Positions 13,198 to 26,581 of a stretch of 30,167 nt of DNA are shown here, piece by piece. How positions within the stretch are numbered: the stretch's first letter is position 1; each line of letters starts with the position of its first letter. This stretch comes from Octopus sinensis (Eukaryota). The position numbers and the translations under genes are program-made. The stretch spans positions 1 through 30,167 of the forward strand of contig NW_021832632.1 of the NCBI RefSeq assembly GCF_006345805.1, given 5' to 3'. Under the pieces are notes generated by a model that was given only the letters and a program-made list of their open reading frames with translations, was not told where the DNA came from and ran no database searches.

Positions 13198-13580
13198 ATA
13201 ATTGAAATAAATATTAGAAATAGACAAATATTATCTTACTTTATCATACACGCATTTCTAACTACTTAAAAAAAATTCTCCTTTAAATCACTAAATACTA
13301 AGTTTACTATACATACGCACATACATACATATGTACATACACGCATGCATAGACATGCAAACATATTTAACAAGTGACCTTAGAGGGATATATCTGCATG
13401 ACTGCATAACGTATTTCATGTGTGATTAGATATGATACGTTGAAACAGTCACGTTCCTGTAAGATTATATTTTATAAATTAAAAGAACATAAACACTTTA
13501 TATATATAATGTACTGAGTCCTTTATTGAATTGTGGTCATGAATTTTTATTTAAGAATTACACCTCAGTTATATAATATT

Positions 13581-13777
13581 GGTCTCAAATTTTGGAAGAA
13601 GGCCAGCAATTTCGGGGGAAGGTAAGCCGATTACATCGACTACAGTGATCAGCTGGCCCCGAATGCATGAAAAGTAAAGTCGACCTCGGCGGAATTTGAA
13701 CTCACAACGTAAAGATAGACAAAATACTGCTAAATATTTTGCCCGCATGCTAACGATTCTACCGGCTCGCCGCCTTA
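13581..13777 (-). mobile_element. SINE family B, about 75 bp into the intron from the splice donor
   Basis: Reverse strand starts TAAGGCGGCGAGCCGGTAGAATCGTTAGCATG; core CCGCCGAGGTCGACTTTACTTTTCATGC. Confidence 0.8.
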
Positions 13778-13849
13778 ATATAATAGGTATATAATATGAA
13801 AAACAGTTTATCTCATAAATTGCATGAAACGAAAATTAATTGAAAAGTA

Positions 13850-13856
13850 ACTTACC
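13850..13856 (-). other. 5' splice donor (phase 1) inside the zinc-finger linker
   Basis: Minus strand reads CAT ACG G|GTAAGT, a perfect GTAAGT consensus falling in the Gly codon of H-T-G-E-(K/R)-P. A stop follows 5 codons later if unspliced. Confidence 0.88.
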
Positions 13857-16094
13857 CGTATGTATTCGGATATGACCCTGTAATTGCCCCCTGTTACTGC
13901 AAGAAATTACACAGTAAGGGCAGTGGAAGTTTCGAGTTCTTTGAACTTGACGCCTCTCAATGTAAGGTTGCTGCTGTTGTGATGGTACTTTGTAAATCAC
14001 ACCTGTTGACCGCTGGCCATAGCAGCCGTTCTGAGTTGTAGGGCCGATGCCGCCAGCAGTAGATGAAAAGTTCAAACGGCCGAAGGCAGCAACACCCTTC
14101 GAATAGTCGTTTCTTTTCAAATAGTTTGCCCTTTTGATTTTCAGCTTCGCTAAGCTTGAAGTATGGCCGTTCAAAAATGGTCTACGGTTGTAGTGAACTA
14201 AAGATTGTCTTCTATAGAAACACATTGATGATGGCGGTGGCACAGCGCCCTGGGGCGGACGATATTGTGATAATGATGGTGTTTTTATTGTTGTTGCGTT
14301 GGATGGTTGTGATGATGGAGATGGTGGAAGTGGTATCTGTAATGGTGGTGGTAATGATGGTTGTGGATGTGCAGGTGGAGATGGTGGCTGATATTGAAAA
14401 GAAGATATATGCAGAGGTGGCTGTAATGATATCTGCGAGGATGGCGGATTGTCTAGAATGCCCGTTGTCAGCGGTACTGAGAGAATTCTTGGTAGATGGG
14501 CAGATGGGGTAATCTGAGGTTGTGTATTTGATACTGTCGGATCGTGATCGTCTTGTTGGTTATGATGAAAATGGTAACCGGTGTATGGGAACGAAGGTGA
14601 TGACACAGACGACGATGATAATGAAAATGAAGATGAAAACGATGATGGTGACGATGATAACAACGAAGTAGGTGACGATGAAAACGCTGTGGTAAACAAA
14701 GCTGCTGCTGTTGAGGATGGCGGAGATAATGATGATGGTGATGGAGTTGGCGTTAAGGAAGATGAAGGGGAAAATGCAGCTGGTCTCGGTAATAAAAATG
14801 ATGGTGGCGATAACGACGAAGCTGGTAGGGGAGGTAGTGATAGTGGTAGGGGTAATGGTGGTGACAATGACAACGATGACGGCGACATCGATGAAGTTGG
14901 TGTTGAGGATGCTGCTGTTAATGAAGATGCAGAGCACGGTGAAGAGGATAACGACGATGTTAATGGCGAACTATTCTCTACTAGATGCGATTCGTCTTTA
15001 AATTGGACGCAAGGTGTGAAATCCATAACAGGATGATGTTTTAGCAACGTGTTTTCACACCATTCGGTCGGGTAATAGACGCCATTAGTTTGTTCATGTC
15101 CATATCTTCTATCTCCTCCAAACCAAGAATGATTCCGATTCGAGAGGAGGTGTTTCTCAAGTATATTCGATTTAGCTACCTCAAGCATCACCATATCGTC
15201 ATTTTGACACTTGTTGATGCTATTTGGAGCTGAGGGGCCACTGCAACAGTAAAGACATTTAAAAGATGCATCAATCTGAGAGATGAGTAAACCGTTGTGT
15301 GATGCTTGCTTATCGTCTGCTTTGCCAAATGCTGAAAATGCACCGAAATACGCCTCCGAATGTTTGTCTTGGAGTACCACTGGTTGTAATATATCTGCAG
15401 AAGCATGACAATAAGTCTTTTGCTTATCTCTTTCAGTTGAATTTGAGATATTCTGGTCTGATATTTGTGTCATTTTTACCGGCATTGACGATGTTGCTGA
15501 TATTGTCGCTGGTTTTGGTATTGTTTTTGGTATTAATGAGGAAGTTACAGTGGATGATAGTGCTGGTGGTGATGATGAGGCTGATACTGATGATGAAGAA
15601 GAGGATATTGTTAGTGCTGTTTTTGTATTTGTTGTTGTTGTGGTAGCGGTGGTTGCTGCAGTTGCAGTTGTTATTGTATATATTGTTGCAGTTTTCAGGT
15701 AAGTCGTCGCTGTCGAGGTCCTCGAAGTTGCTGCATTTGTGCTGGTTGTTATTTTTGTTTTTACTGTTGTTGGTGATAATAGCGATGGACTTAACAGAGG
15801 TGTTGTCAGCGACGCAGTCGTTGTTGTTGGTTCTGTTGTTTTTGTGGTTAGTAGTGCTGTCGTTTGTGTCGATGTTACGGGTGCTGCCGTTGAAAATTTA
15901 GTCGTTTCCAAAGCTGCTTCTAATGATGTAATCCTAGAAGTTTCAGCTAAACTTTTCAGAATCTGAAATGATGGAAAAGACCCCAAAGAGCTGAAATGTT
16001 GAGACTTTATATTCGTACAAGGTTCCTTGCTGTGAATTAGCACCTTTGGAGAAAATGTTCGCGGAAAATACTGGTACGAAGGAGCAAGAGCCAT
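13856..16094 (-). CDS. hkb: First coding exon of a Huckebein-like (Sp/KLF-related) C2H2 zinc-finger transcription factor; long S/T/P-rich N-terminus plus finger 1; gene continues after an intron
   Basis: 2239-nt open frame. ATG at 16094 lies in GCG-ATG-G context with an in-frame TAA shortly upstream. It ends FHCPYCVISCSNRGQLQGHIRIHTG (13928-13856), matching the F-x-CP-x-C-x4-SN-x-GQL-x-GHIRIHTG pattern I recall for Drosophila Huckebein finger 1. The ORF-track tail KLLFN is read-through into the intron. Orthology is recalled, not searched. Confidence 0.75.
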
Positions 16095-16167
16095 CGCCAC
16101 TTGTTTTTAAATACACGTTTAATATGTGTATGAGTCCGTTTGTCTTCCTCTCTCGTCTCTCTCACTT

Positions 16168-16296
<129 letters not shown>

Positions 16297-17336
16297 TTAC
16301 AATACTTTGACCCCTTAGAATGTCGAAACCATGAAACCTACCCAATGTTTATTGCAGGAGCGGCAAAATATGTTTCGCATCGACTATATGACACTTCTAT
16401 TTCCTTTTCTTCGTTAATTGTTATTGTTATTATTATTACTGTGTGGTTGTTGTTGTTGTTGTTGTTGTTGGTTTGGTGGGCGGTGGTTGATTTATATGAT
16501 GTTCATAGCATGGTCGTTGGTATTAATATATTTTATGATGATCAATTCGTTGTTATAACTCCTGTTATTGTTGTTATTGTTGTCGTCATCGTCGAATTCG
16601 GCGTCGTCCTTGTTCTTTTATCAATTTGAGTTAATTTGAGGAGTAGGACGAGGAGGAGGAGGAGGTAAACGAAGAAGGGGAGGAGCTATGCCCACAGCCG
16701 ATTGTTTTAGATTTCACCCCCGAGAGGGATATGGAAAACTTGTGTGGGATTAATGCGGCTAATGCACAGTTTTTGATACGATTGCTTCAATGCTTCTTTG
16801 ATGTTAGTGTTTTTATTGCTTCAGCAGTTGTTTGTTTTCATGCTTTCGCTGGCTTTAATCGTTAACTGAATGTGCTGTGGTTATTGTTGGTTTTTTTCTG
16901 TGGATATGCATGTTGCTGTTGTTGCTATTGCTGCTGCTGCTGCTCTTCTCACTTCCGACCTCAGGTCGTATCATACTTAGTTTTATCATTTTCCATTTCT
17001 TTCTTTCTTTCTTTCTTTCTTCGTCTCCTTTTTATAACCATTTTGTAGGATATAATTCAAATATTTGTTGAGTACCACATATATGTAAACATTGTATTTC
17101 CAATCCAAGAGAGTCGAATACATAAAAAGTGAAAAAAAAAAAAAATGATTAAAATAAGAACAAAGTGAAATGCAATCAAGGAATAGTAACAACAACAACA
17201 ACAATAATAATAATAATAATAATAATTATTATTATTATTGTTATTATTATTATTATCACTAACAAAGATAATTATTAATAATATTAATAACTAGTAAGAA
17301 CAATAACATCAATATTAATGATAAAAATATTGGTGA

Positions 17337-17384
<48 letters not shown>

Positions 17385-17411
17385 AAAAACATCCTTGGAA
17401 TATTAAGATAA

Positions 17412-18037
17412 TGTCAGCTGGCAGAATCGTTAGCTCGCCGACCAAAATGCTTAACCTTCGCCCACCTTTACGTTCTGAGTTCCAATTCTACCATGGTCGA
17501 CTTCCGAGTTCGATAAATTAGCTACCAGAAAAACACTGGGGTCGATATAATCGACTAGTCCCCTTCCCCAAAATTTCAGGCCTTGTGCCTTTAGTAGAAA
17601 GGATTATTATTACTATTATTAAGGGGACTAGCTAACCGAATCGTTACCACACAGGACAAAATTCATTGCGGGGTTTATTCTGTCTTTATGTTCTGAAGTC
17701 GTCTTTGCCTTTCATGCTTTCGGGGTCGATAAAATAAGCACCAGTCAAGCTCTGGAACCGATGTGATCTACAAGTTTACCTCCACAAAATTTCTGGCCTT
17801 GTGCCCGTGATAGAAAGAATTATTGTTATTTTAGATTTTAGTGCAAGGAACCTATTTTTAAGGGCTTTAGTAGGCTTAGTCGCTACTTTCGATTCCCAGT
17901 ACTCGATGGTACTTTATTTCATCAACCCTGATAGGATGAAACACAAATTTGACCAAGGTGGAATTTGAACTCAGTGTGTGAAGATCCAGAACAAATGCTG
18001 CAAAGCAATTTTCCGACGCTTCAACCAGTTCTGCCAG
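17412..18037. mobile_element. Cluster of three diverged family B SINEs (17412-17610 +, 17620-17825 +, 17891-18037 -)
   Basis: Each retains recognisable GGCAGAATCGTTAGC, GTTCTGA, GGGGTCGAT or GGCCTTGTGCC blocks. Confidence 0.72.
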
Positions 18038-18203
18038 GAAAATCAAATACAACACATTTAGATGCTCCAAAATGACTTTTCATAGACGCTACATTTGGAA
18101 AATTGCAAAGATGATGTAACATCAATCAGGTATTTTTGCAGGGCTAAGGAACATAACAGTAATGGTGATACACTAGCAAAGATTTTAGTGACGTTTGGAA
18201 TAC

Positions 18204-20465
<2,262 letters not shown>

Positions 20466-20612
20466 GTGCATGTGCCCTTGCGTTCGTGTTTGCCTCTCCA
20501 CTGCGTCACAACCGGTACTGGAGAATTCAAGTCTCTGTAACCTAGTGGTTCGTCAAAAAAATCGACCCAATAAGTACCGCATTTTAAAAAGAAAACAAGG
20601 AAGCACTGTAAG

Positions 20613-20803
20613 AGGCGTAGGAGTGGCTGTGTGGCAAGTAGCTTGCTTACGAACCACATGGTTCCGGGTTCAGTCCCACTGCGTGACACCTTGGGTAAGT
20701 GTCTTCTACTATAGCCTCGGGCCGACCAAAGCCTTGTGAGTGGATTTGGTAGACGGAAACTGAAAGAAGCCCGTCGTATATATGCATATATATATATATA
20801 ATA

Positions 20804-20855
<52 letters not shown>

Positions 20856-21263
20856 TATAATATATATATATATATATTCTTTTTTTTTCTTTTTTCCTTG
20901 TTCAGTAATTTTGACTGCGGCCATGCTGGAGCACCGCCTTTAATCGACAACTCGACCCGGGACTTATTCTTTTGTAAGCCCAGTACTTATTCTATCGTCT
21001 CTTTTTTCCGAACCGCTAAGTGACGGGGCATAAACACACCAGCATCGGTTGTCAAACAATGCTAGGGGGACAAACACAGACACCCAAACACACACACGCA
21101 TATATATATATATATACATATATACGACAGGCTTCTTTCAGTTTCCGTCTACCAAATCCACTCACAAGGCTTTGGTCGGCCCGAGCTATAGTAAAGACAC
21201 TTGCCCAGGTGCCACGCAGTGGGACTGAACCCGGAGCCATGTGGTTCGTAAGCAAGCTACTTA

Positions 21264-21345
<82 letters not shown>

Positions 21346-21560
21346 GTATGTGCGTGTTTGCGTGTCTGTGTTTGTTCCCCCAGCATCGTTTGACAACCGA
21401 TGCTGGTGTGTTTACGTCCCCGTAACTTAGTGGTTCGGCAAAAAAGAGACCGATAAAATAAGTACTAGGCTTACAAAGAATAAGTCCTGGGGTCGATTTG
21501 ATCGACTAAAGGCGGTGCTCCAGCATGGCCACAGTCACATGACTGAAACAAGTAAAAGAG
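20613..21560 (+). mobile_element. SINE family A split by a nested insertion: head 20613-20780, tail 21361-21560
   Basis: A-box-like TGGCTGTGTGG (20624-20634) and B-box-like GGTTCAGTCCC (20667-20677). The tail ends GACTGAAACAAGTAAAAGAG. Confidence 0.82.
20897..21269 (-). mobile_element. SINE family A, antisense copy nested in the internal microsatellite of the 20613-21560 copy
   Basis: Complete tail, microsatellite and head in reverse orientation between the two halves of the host copy. Confidence 0.82.
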
Positions 21561-21933
21561 AAGGTAAGAGAGTGTGGTTGATTTGCTCGAATAAAGTCAA
21601 GTCAGTGCCCCACCATGGTCTCAAACCACTGACAGAAACTTGTAAAAGACAATGAATAAAAGACACACGCTCGCGCGCACACATACACATACACACACAT
21701 ACATTCGCACTTTTATACATAAACATATGCAGATGTGCACAAATATATGGACATGGATCTTTGTATGTATATGTGTCCGACGAACGGGAACCTGAAACTC
21801 TGAGTAGTAGATTTTTGTGATATTTTTGTGATGCTTTTGCAGCTTTAGTAATAATAAAGCATATTACTACACTCCACCTCCGGTATTCAGAACTATTTCC
21901 CCCCACCTTGTTACAGATTTATGTACTTACTTT

Positions 21934-22019
<86 letters not shown>

Positions 22020-22049
22020 CATATATATAGCTATAATATATCCATAATA

Positions 22050-22087
<38 letters not shown>

Positions 22088-22104
22088 ATATATATATAAT
22101 GTAT

Positions 22105-22141
<37 letters not shown>

Positions 22142-22539
22142 CCATATATATCTATATATCATATATCTATATATATATATATATCATATTATATACACAT
22201 AGATATAAATATGTATATATATATATATTATATATATATATATGCACACACACACACACACATATATATAATATATATACATATTATATTGTGTGTGCAC
22301 TTATTTTCATGTTAAGTAAGCAAAGTTTATCTTTAAAAGAAAAATAAAAGTGATTAAAAAAAAGTAAAACGAATTAAAACATTGATAAAACCGTATCTAG
22401 ATGTGATGTACCGTTGAAAATGTGCTCTGTTTACTGTATGTATGTGCATAACACTGAATGATGTATATGGAGAATTATCCGAGTTTCTGTATCCTTGAAT
22501 ATATGCTGAATACTACATTATATATATATATATAATATA

Positions 22540-22587
<48 letters not shown>

Positions 22588-22944
22588 AGTATATATATAT
22601 AATATAATAATATATATAATGTATGTATATACATATGTGTGTGTATGCATACACATAAAGGAATAGGGATTTTAAATCACAGCAGATACTTTACGATCAC
22701 TTTGTTAAAAATGCAGATCGAGTATTAGGAAACACGTGTCGGAATGTAATTATGCAGGAAAAAAATAATTGAATACATATTTAAGATATATAAGTCTCCA
22801 TTTATACACACGCGCGCGCGCGCACACACACACACACGCACGCTTTTTTTTCATCCCTTCTTCCCAAAAAGAAAAGCTCTACTTTGTATTTTGTCCCCTC
22901 TGTGTTCAGCCCTGTGTGGCCAATAAAGAAACACATGATACAGA

Positions 22945-22993
<49 letters not shown>

Positions 22994-23257
22994 GTCAGTC
23001 TGTCTGTCTGTATGTCTGTCTGTCTGTCTGTCTCATTCTCTGTCTCTCCCTGTCTCTCTCTGTCTCTCTCTCTCTCTCTATATATATATATTCGCATTCA
23101 AGTGCACATATACGTCTCTGTGTTTATATTGATGGAGTTATGTTGATACACTCACACATAACATTTCCCCACTCTCCCTCACTAGCCTCTCTACTCCCCT
23201 CTCTCTCTCCGCACACACAGACACACACACAAACACACACACACACAAACACACACG

Positions 23258-23293
<36 letters not shown>

Positions 23294-23503
23294 ACACTGA
23301 TTTGTGTGTGTATCAATGTATACATTTGTATCTGTGAGTCAGTAGGTCTATTTGTACAAGTAGATATATGCCTGATTTGTCAACAAATACATTGGAAAGG
23401 TTACTGAGTACGAGATGTGTGTGCTTGTGTTAACACAAATGTATGTGCATATGTGCTATTGATTCATATATATGTGTGTATATTTATAGATATATATTTT
23501 TTT

Positions 23504-23858
23504 TACACTTTTACTCTTTTATTTGTTTGAGTGATTTTGGGTACCATGTTGGGGCACCGCCTTTTAATCGAAGAAATCGACCTCAGTACTTATTCTTTAT
23601 AAGCCTGTTACTTATTCTATCAGTCTCTTTTGCTGAACCGCTAAGTTACGGAGACGTAAACACAACATCAGTTGTCAAGCGACACCAACACACAAATATA
23701 TACTTATATATATATATATATATGTATGTCTCCCAAATCCACTCACAATGGTTTGGTCGGCCCGAGGCTGTAGTAGAAGACATTTGCCCAAAGTGCCACG
23801 CAGTGGAACTGAACCCCGGATCATGTGGTTGGAACCAAGCTTCTTACCATACAGCCAC
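23504..23858 (-). mobile_element. SINE family A, diverged copy
   Basis: Same architecture with more substitutions. Confidence 0.75.
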
Positions 23859-24220
23859 GTCTGCAACTATAAACATATTTTTAGACACACACAAACACAC
23901 ACATATGTATCTATATATCTGAACATATACAAATACATACATAAATACACATATACTTAGCATTTAGTTATGTGGACCCACGCCAACCTTGTCTCTTTTA
24001 ACACAAAAAGAAACACAAACAATACTCCTATGAAACAAATACTACATAATCCCCACCCACTAAATTTGAGCGGTACTCAGCCCTTATCACGGCTCTAAAT
24101 GCTAAATCTCTCTATCAACGGGGATCTCTCCAAGCGAGAGTACATCCTTGCCATAACTGGGACTGCTTTCCGGATCTGGTTCCTATTTTTAGAGTATGAA
24201 AATATTTCAGAGCTTAACAG

Positions 24221-24348
24221 CTCTTTACTCTTTACTCTTTAGTCTTTTATTTGTTTCAGTCATGTGACTGTGGCCATGCTGAGGCACCGCCTTTAGTCGA
24301 TCAAATCGACCCCAGGACTTATTCTTTGTAAGTCTAGTACTGATTCTA
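24221..24348 (-). mobile_element. SINE family A 3' fragment, interrupted at the foldback element
   Basis: Homology stops abruptly at GATTCTA (24348), where other copies continue TCGGTCTCTTTTG. Confidence 0.78.
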
Positions 24349-24757
24349 TAAGTGTGGGTACATACCCATAATAAATCATATACATATACATATGAGTGCA
24401 TATACTCATACTCCTATACATAACCATATACATATACATACTAATATAAATAACGGTAGCCCACACGCACATACACAGACAAATCGCAACATAAGAGATA
24501 CCAGCCCCCCCACCCACACATGTTTACATACAGATCTACTCACATATATCCATAAAAATGCGTACATGCAAGCACACAGACAACTATACCTAGTCGAAGT
24601 ACGTTATTATCATAATATACATAATTAAAATAATACACCGTATATTTTTCGTAAACCAATTATCTTGCCACTGAAAATTTCTATATCGTTACATTTCTAC
24701 TAAACCAGCACAGGCATGGAAGCTATACCAACATTTATACACACACACACACACCCA

Positions 24758-24806
<49 letters not shown>

Positions 24807-25653
24807 ACAACACACGGCACATCCGCACATATACATAAACATTTATACACTCTCATGCACTGTGTCTGCAAACATTCGCATATACATATATACATATTTA
24901 AATATGTATTTGCGTACTCATACGTATAAGAAAAACATATACATATATATCCACCTATGAATATACATATACATACAAAAACATACATACACATACATAT
25001 ACATATGAACACATTTCGACATATTCACATATATTTACTAAATTACAAAATATATGTCTGTCCATCAAAGGACGTATAAATAAACCAGCACAGGCAGGGG
25101 AAAACTATACCAACATTTATACACATACACACACACACACACACACTCACACGCACATCCGCACATATCCATAAACATTTATACACTCTCATGCACTGTG
25201 TCTGCAAACATTCGCATATACATATATACATATTTAAATATGCATTTGCGTACTCATACGTATAAGAAAAACATATACATATATATCCACCCATGAATAT
25301 ACATATACATACAAAAACATACATACACATACATATACATATGAACACATTTCGACATATCCACATATATTTACTAAATTACAAAATATATGTCTGCCCA
25401 TCAAAGGACGTATAAATAAACCAGCACAGGCATGGGAAAACTATACCAACATTTATACACACACACACACACGCACATCCGCACATATACATAAACATTT
25501 ATACACTCTCATGCACTGTGTCTGCAGGAACATATGTATGTTTATTGATTTATATTATTTATATTATTATGTATATGTATATGTATAGGAGTATGAGTAT
25601 ATGCACTCATATGTATATGTATATGATTTATTATGGGTATGTGCCCACACTTA
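24349..25653. mobile_element. Non-coding foldback/MITE-like element with about 105-bp inverted ends and internal tandem repeats
   Basis: 24349-24420 is the reverse complement of about 25582-25653 with 1 mismatch, extending to about 24453/25553 after a short indel. TA lies on both outer flanks. Confidence 0.7.
24701..25526 (+). repeat. Tandem repeat, about 2.3 units (starts 24701, 25081, 25417; 380 and 336 bp)
   Basis: Each unit starts TAAACCAGCACAGGCA. The length difference lies mostly in an internal (CA)n. Confidence 0.9.
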
Positions 25654-25688
25654 TATAAGTGTATATGTAATTTGGTTTGTATTTCATA

Positions 25689-25815
25689 ATCTCCGAAGAG
25701 GCCTTAGGGTATTTTTGTAAATGTCTCATTTATAACTACATATTGACCTACCACAAATGGCTAATATAAGTAAAATGAGACATACTTATCTGCATGGCCG
25801 AAACAGCTGTAAGAT
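25689..25815 (+). ncRNA. Type-I hammerhead ribozyme-like motif with a long structured stem II insertion (PLE type)
   Basis: ATCT-CCGAAGA-GGCC...GGCC-GAA-ACAGCTGT-A-AGAT: stem I ATCT/AGAT, stem II GGCC/GGCC, palindromic stem III ACAGCTGT, and an internal 11-bp stem 25721-25731/25773-25783. Confidence 0.62.
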
Positions 25816-26049
25816 GTAGTTTATATTTATATTTATATTTATTTATATTTATATTCTCTTATACATATTGTACTTATTGTATCATATTACTCCTTTAAGT
25901 ACACCCCTTTCTGTGCACTGTTTTGTTCTATATTATTATGTTTGACCTTAAAGTTTCTTATGTGTGGTTTAATAAAGTATGTGATTGGGTATTATATGGT
26001 AGTTGATATTTGATTTGGATGTATTTCTCCATTTTCTTATTTTGTATTA

Positions 26050-26128
<79 letters not shown>

Positions 26129-26155
26129 ATATATATATTCTTTCATTAGTTTATT

Positions 26156-26337
26156 TCTTTCAGTCATTTGACTGCGGTCATGCTGGAGCACCGCCTTTAG
26201 TCGACCACAAGACTTATTCTTTGTAAGTCTGGTATTTATTCTATCGGTCTCTTTTGCCAAACGGCTAAGTTACGGGGACGTAAACACACCAACATCGGTT
26301 GTCAAGCGATGGTGGGAGGACACAAACACACAAATAC
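26156..26337 (-). mobile_element. SINE family A 3' half, followed by (CATA)n
   Basis: Tail sequence shared with the other copies. Confidence 0.8.
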
Positions 26338-26406
26338 ATACATACATACATACATACATGCATACATACATACATAAATACATACATACATACATACATA
26401 CATACA

Positions 26407-26439
<33 letters not shown>

Positions 26440-26549
26440 TTTATATATTTACATTGTGAAATTTGATTTAATACTAAATTGAATTTTTCCCTATAAGTTT
26501 GGAGTTATACTCCCTATCATTATTATTATTATTATTGTTGTTGTTGTTG

Positions 26550-26581
<32 letters not shown>

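Noticed and set aside
13836-13855. C-terminal KLLFN-stop of the 754-aa ORF, and its GTG start at 16100
   Set aside because: The tail is intron read-through past a consensus donor. The first ATG is at 16094.
14156-15966. Plus-strand ORFs, including the 151-aa D/E/N/G-rich ORF at 14581-15036
   Set aside because: Antisense shadows of the Ser/Thr/Pro trinucleotide-rich coding exon, with no independent protein signature.
16330-16990. Possible upstream coding exon, GTAGGT donor near 16340 and TAATCC site near 16750
   Set aside because: Frames are short and interrupted. There is no polypyrimidine acceptor before the ATG, and an in-frame stop precedes it. A single 6-mer site is not evidence.
20613-20690. 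tRNA gene
   Set aside because: A- and B-box-like motifs are present, but there is no complete cloverleaf and it continues into a SINE body.
24701-25526. Tandem units considered as a CRISPR-like or retrozyme array
   Set aside because: Eukaryotic context, no repeat-spacer structure, and no ribozyme core within the units.
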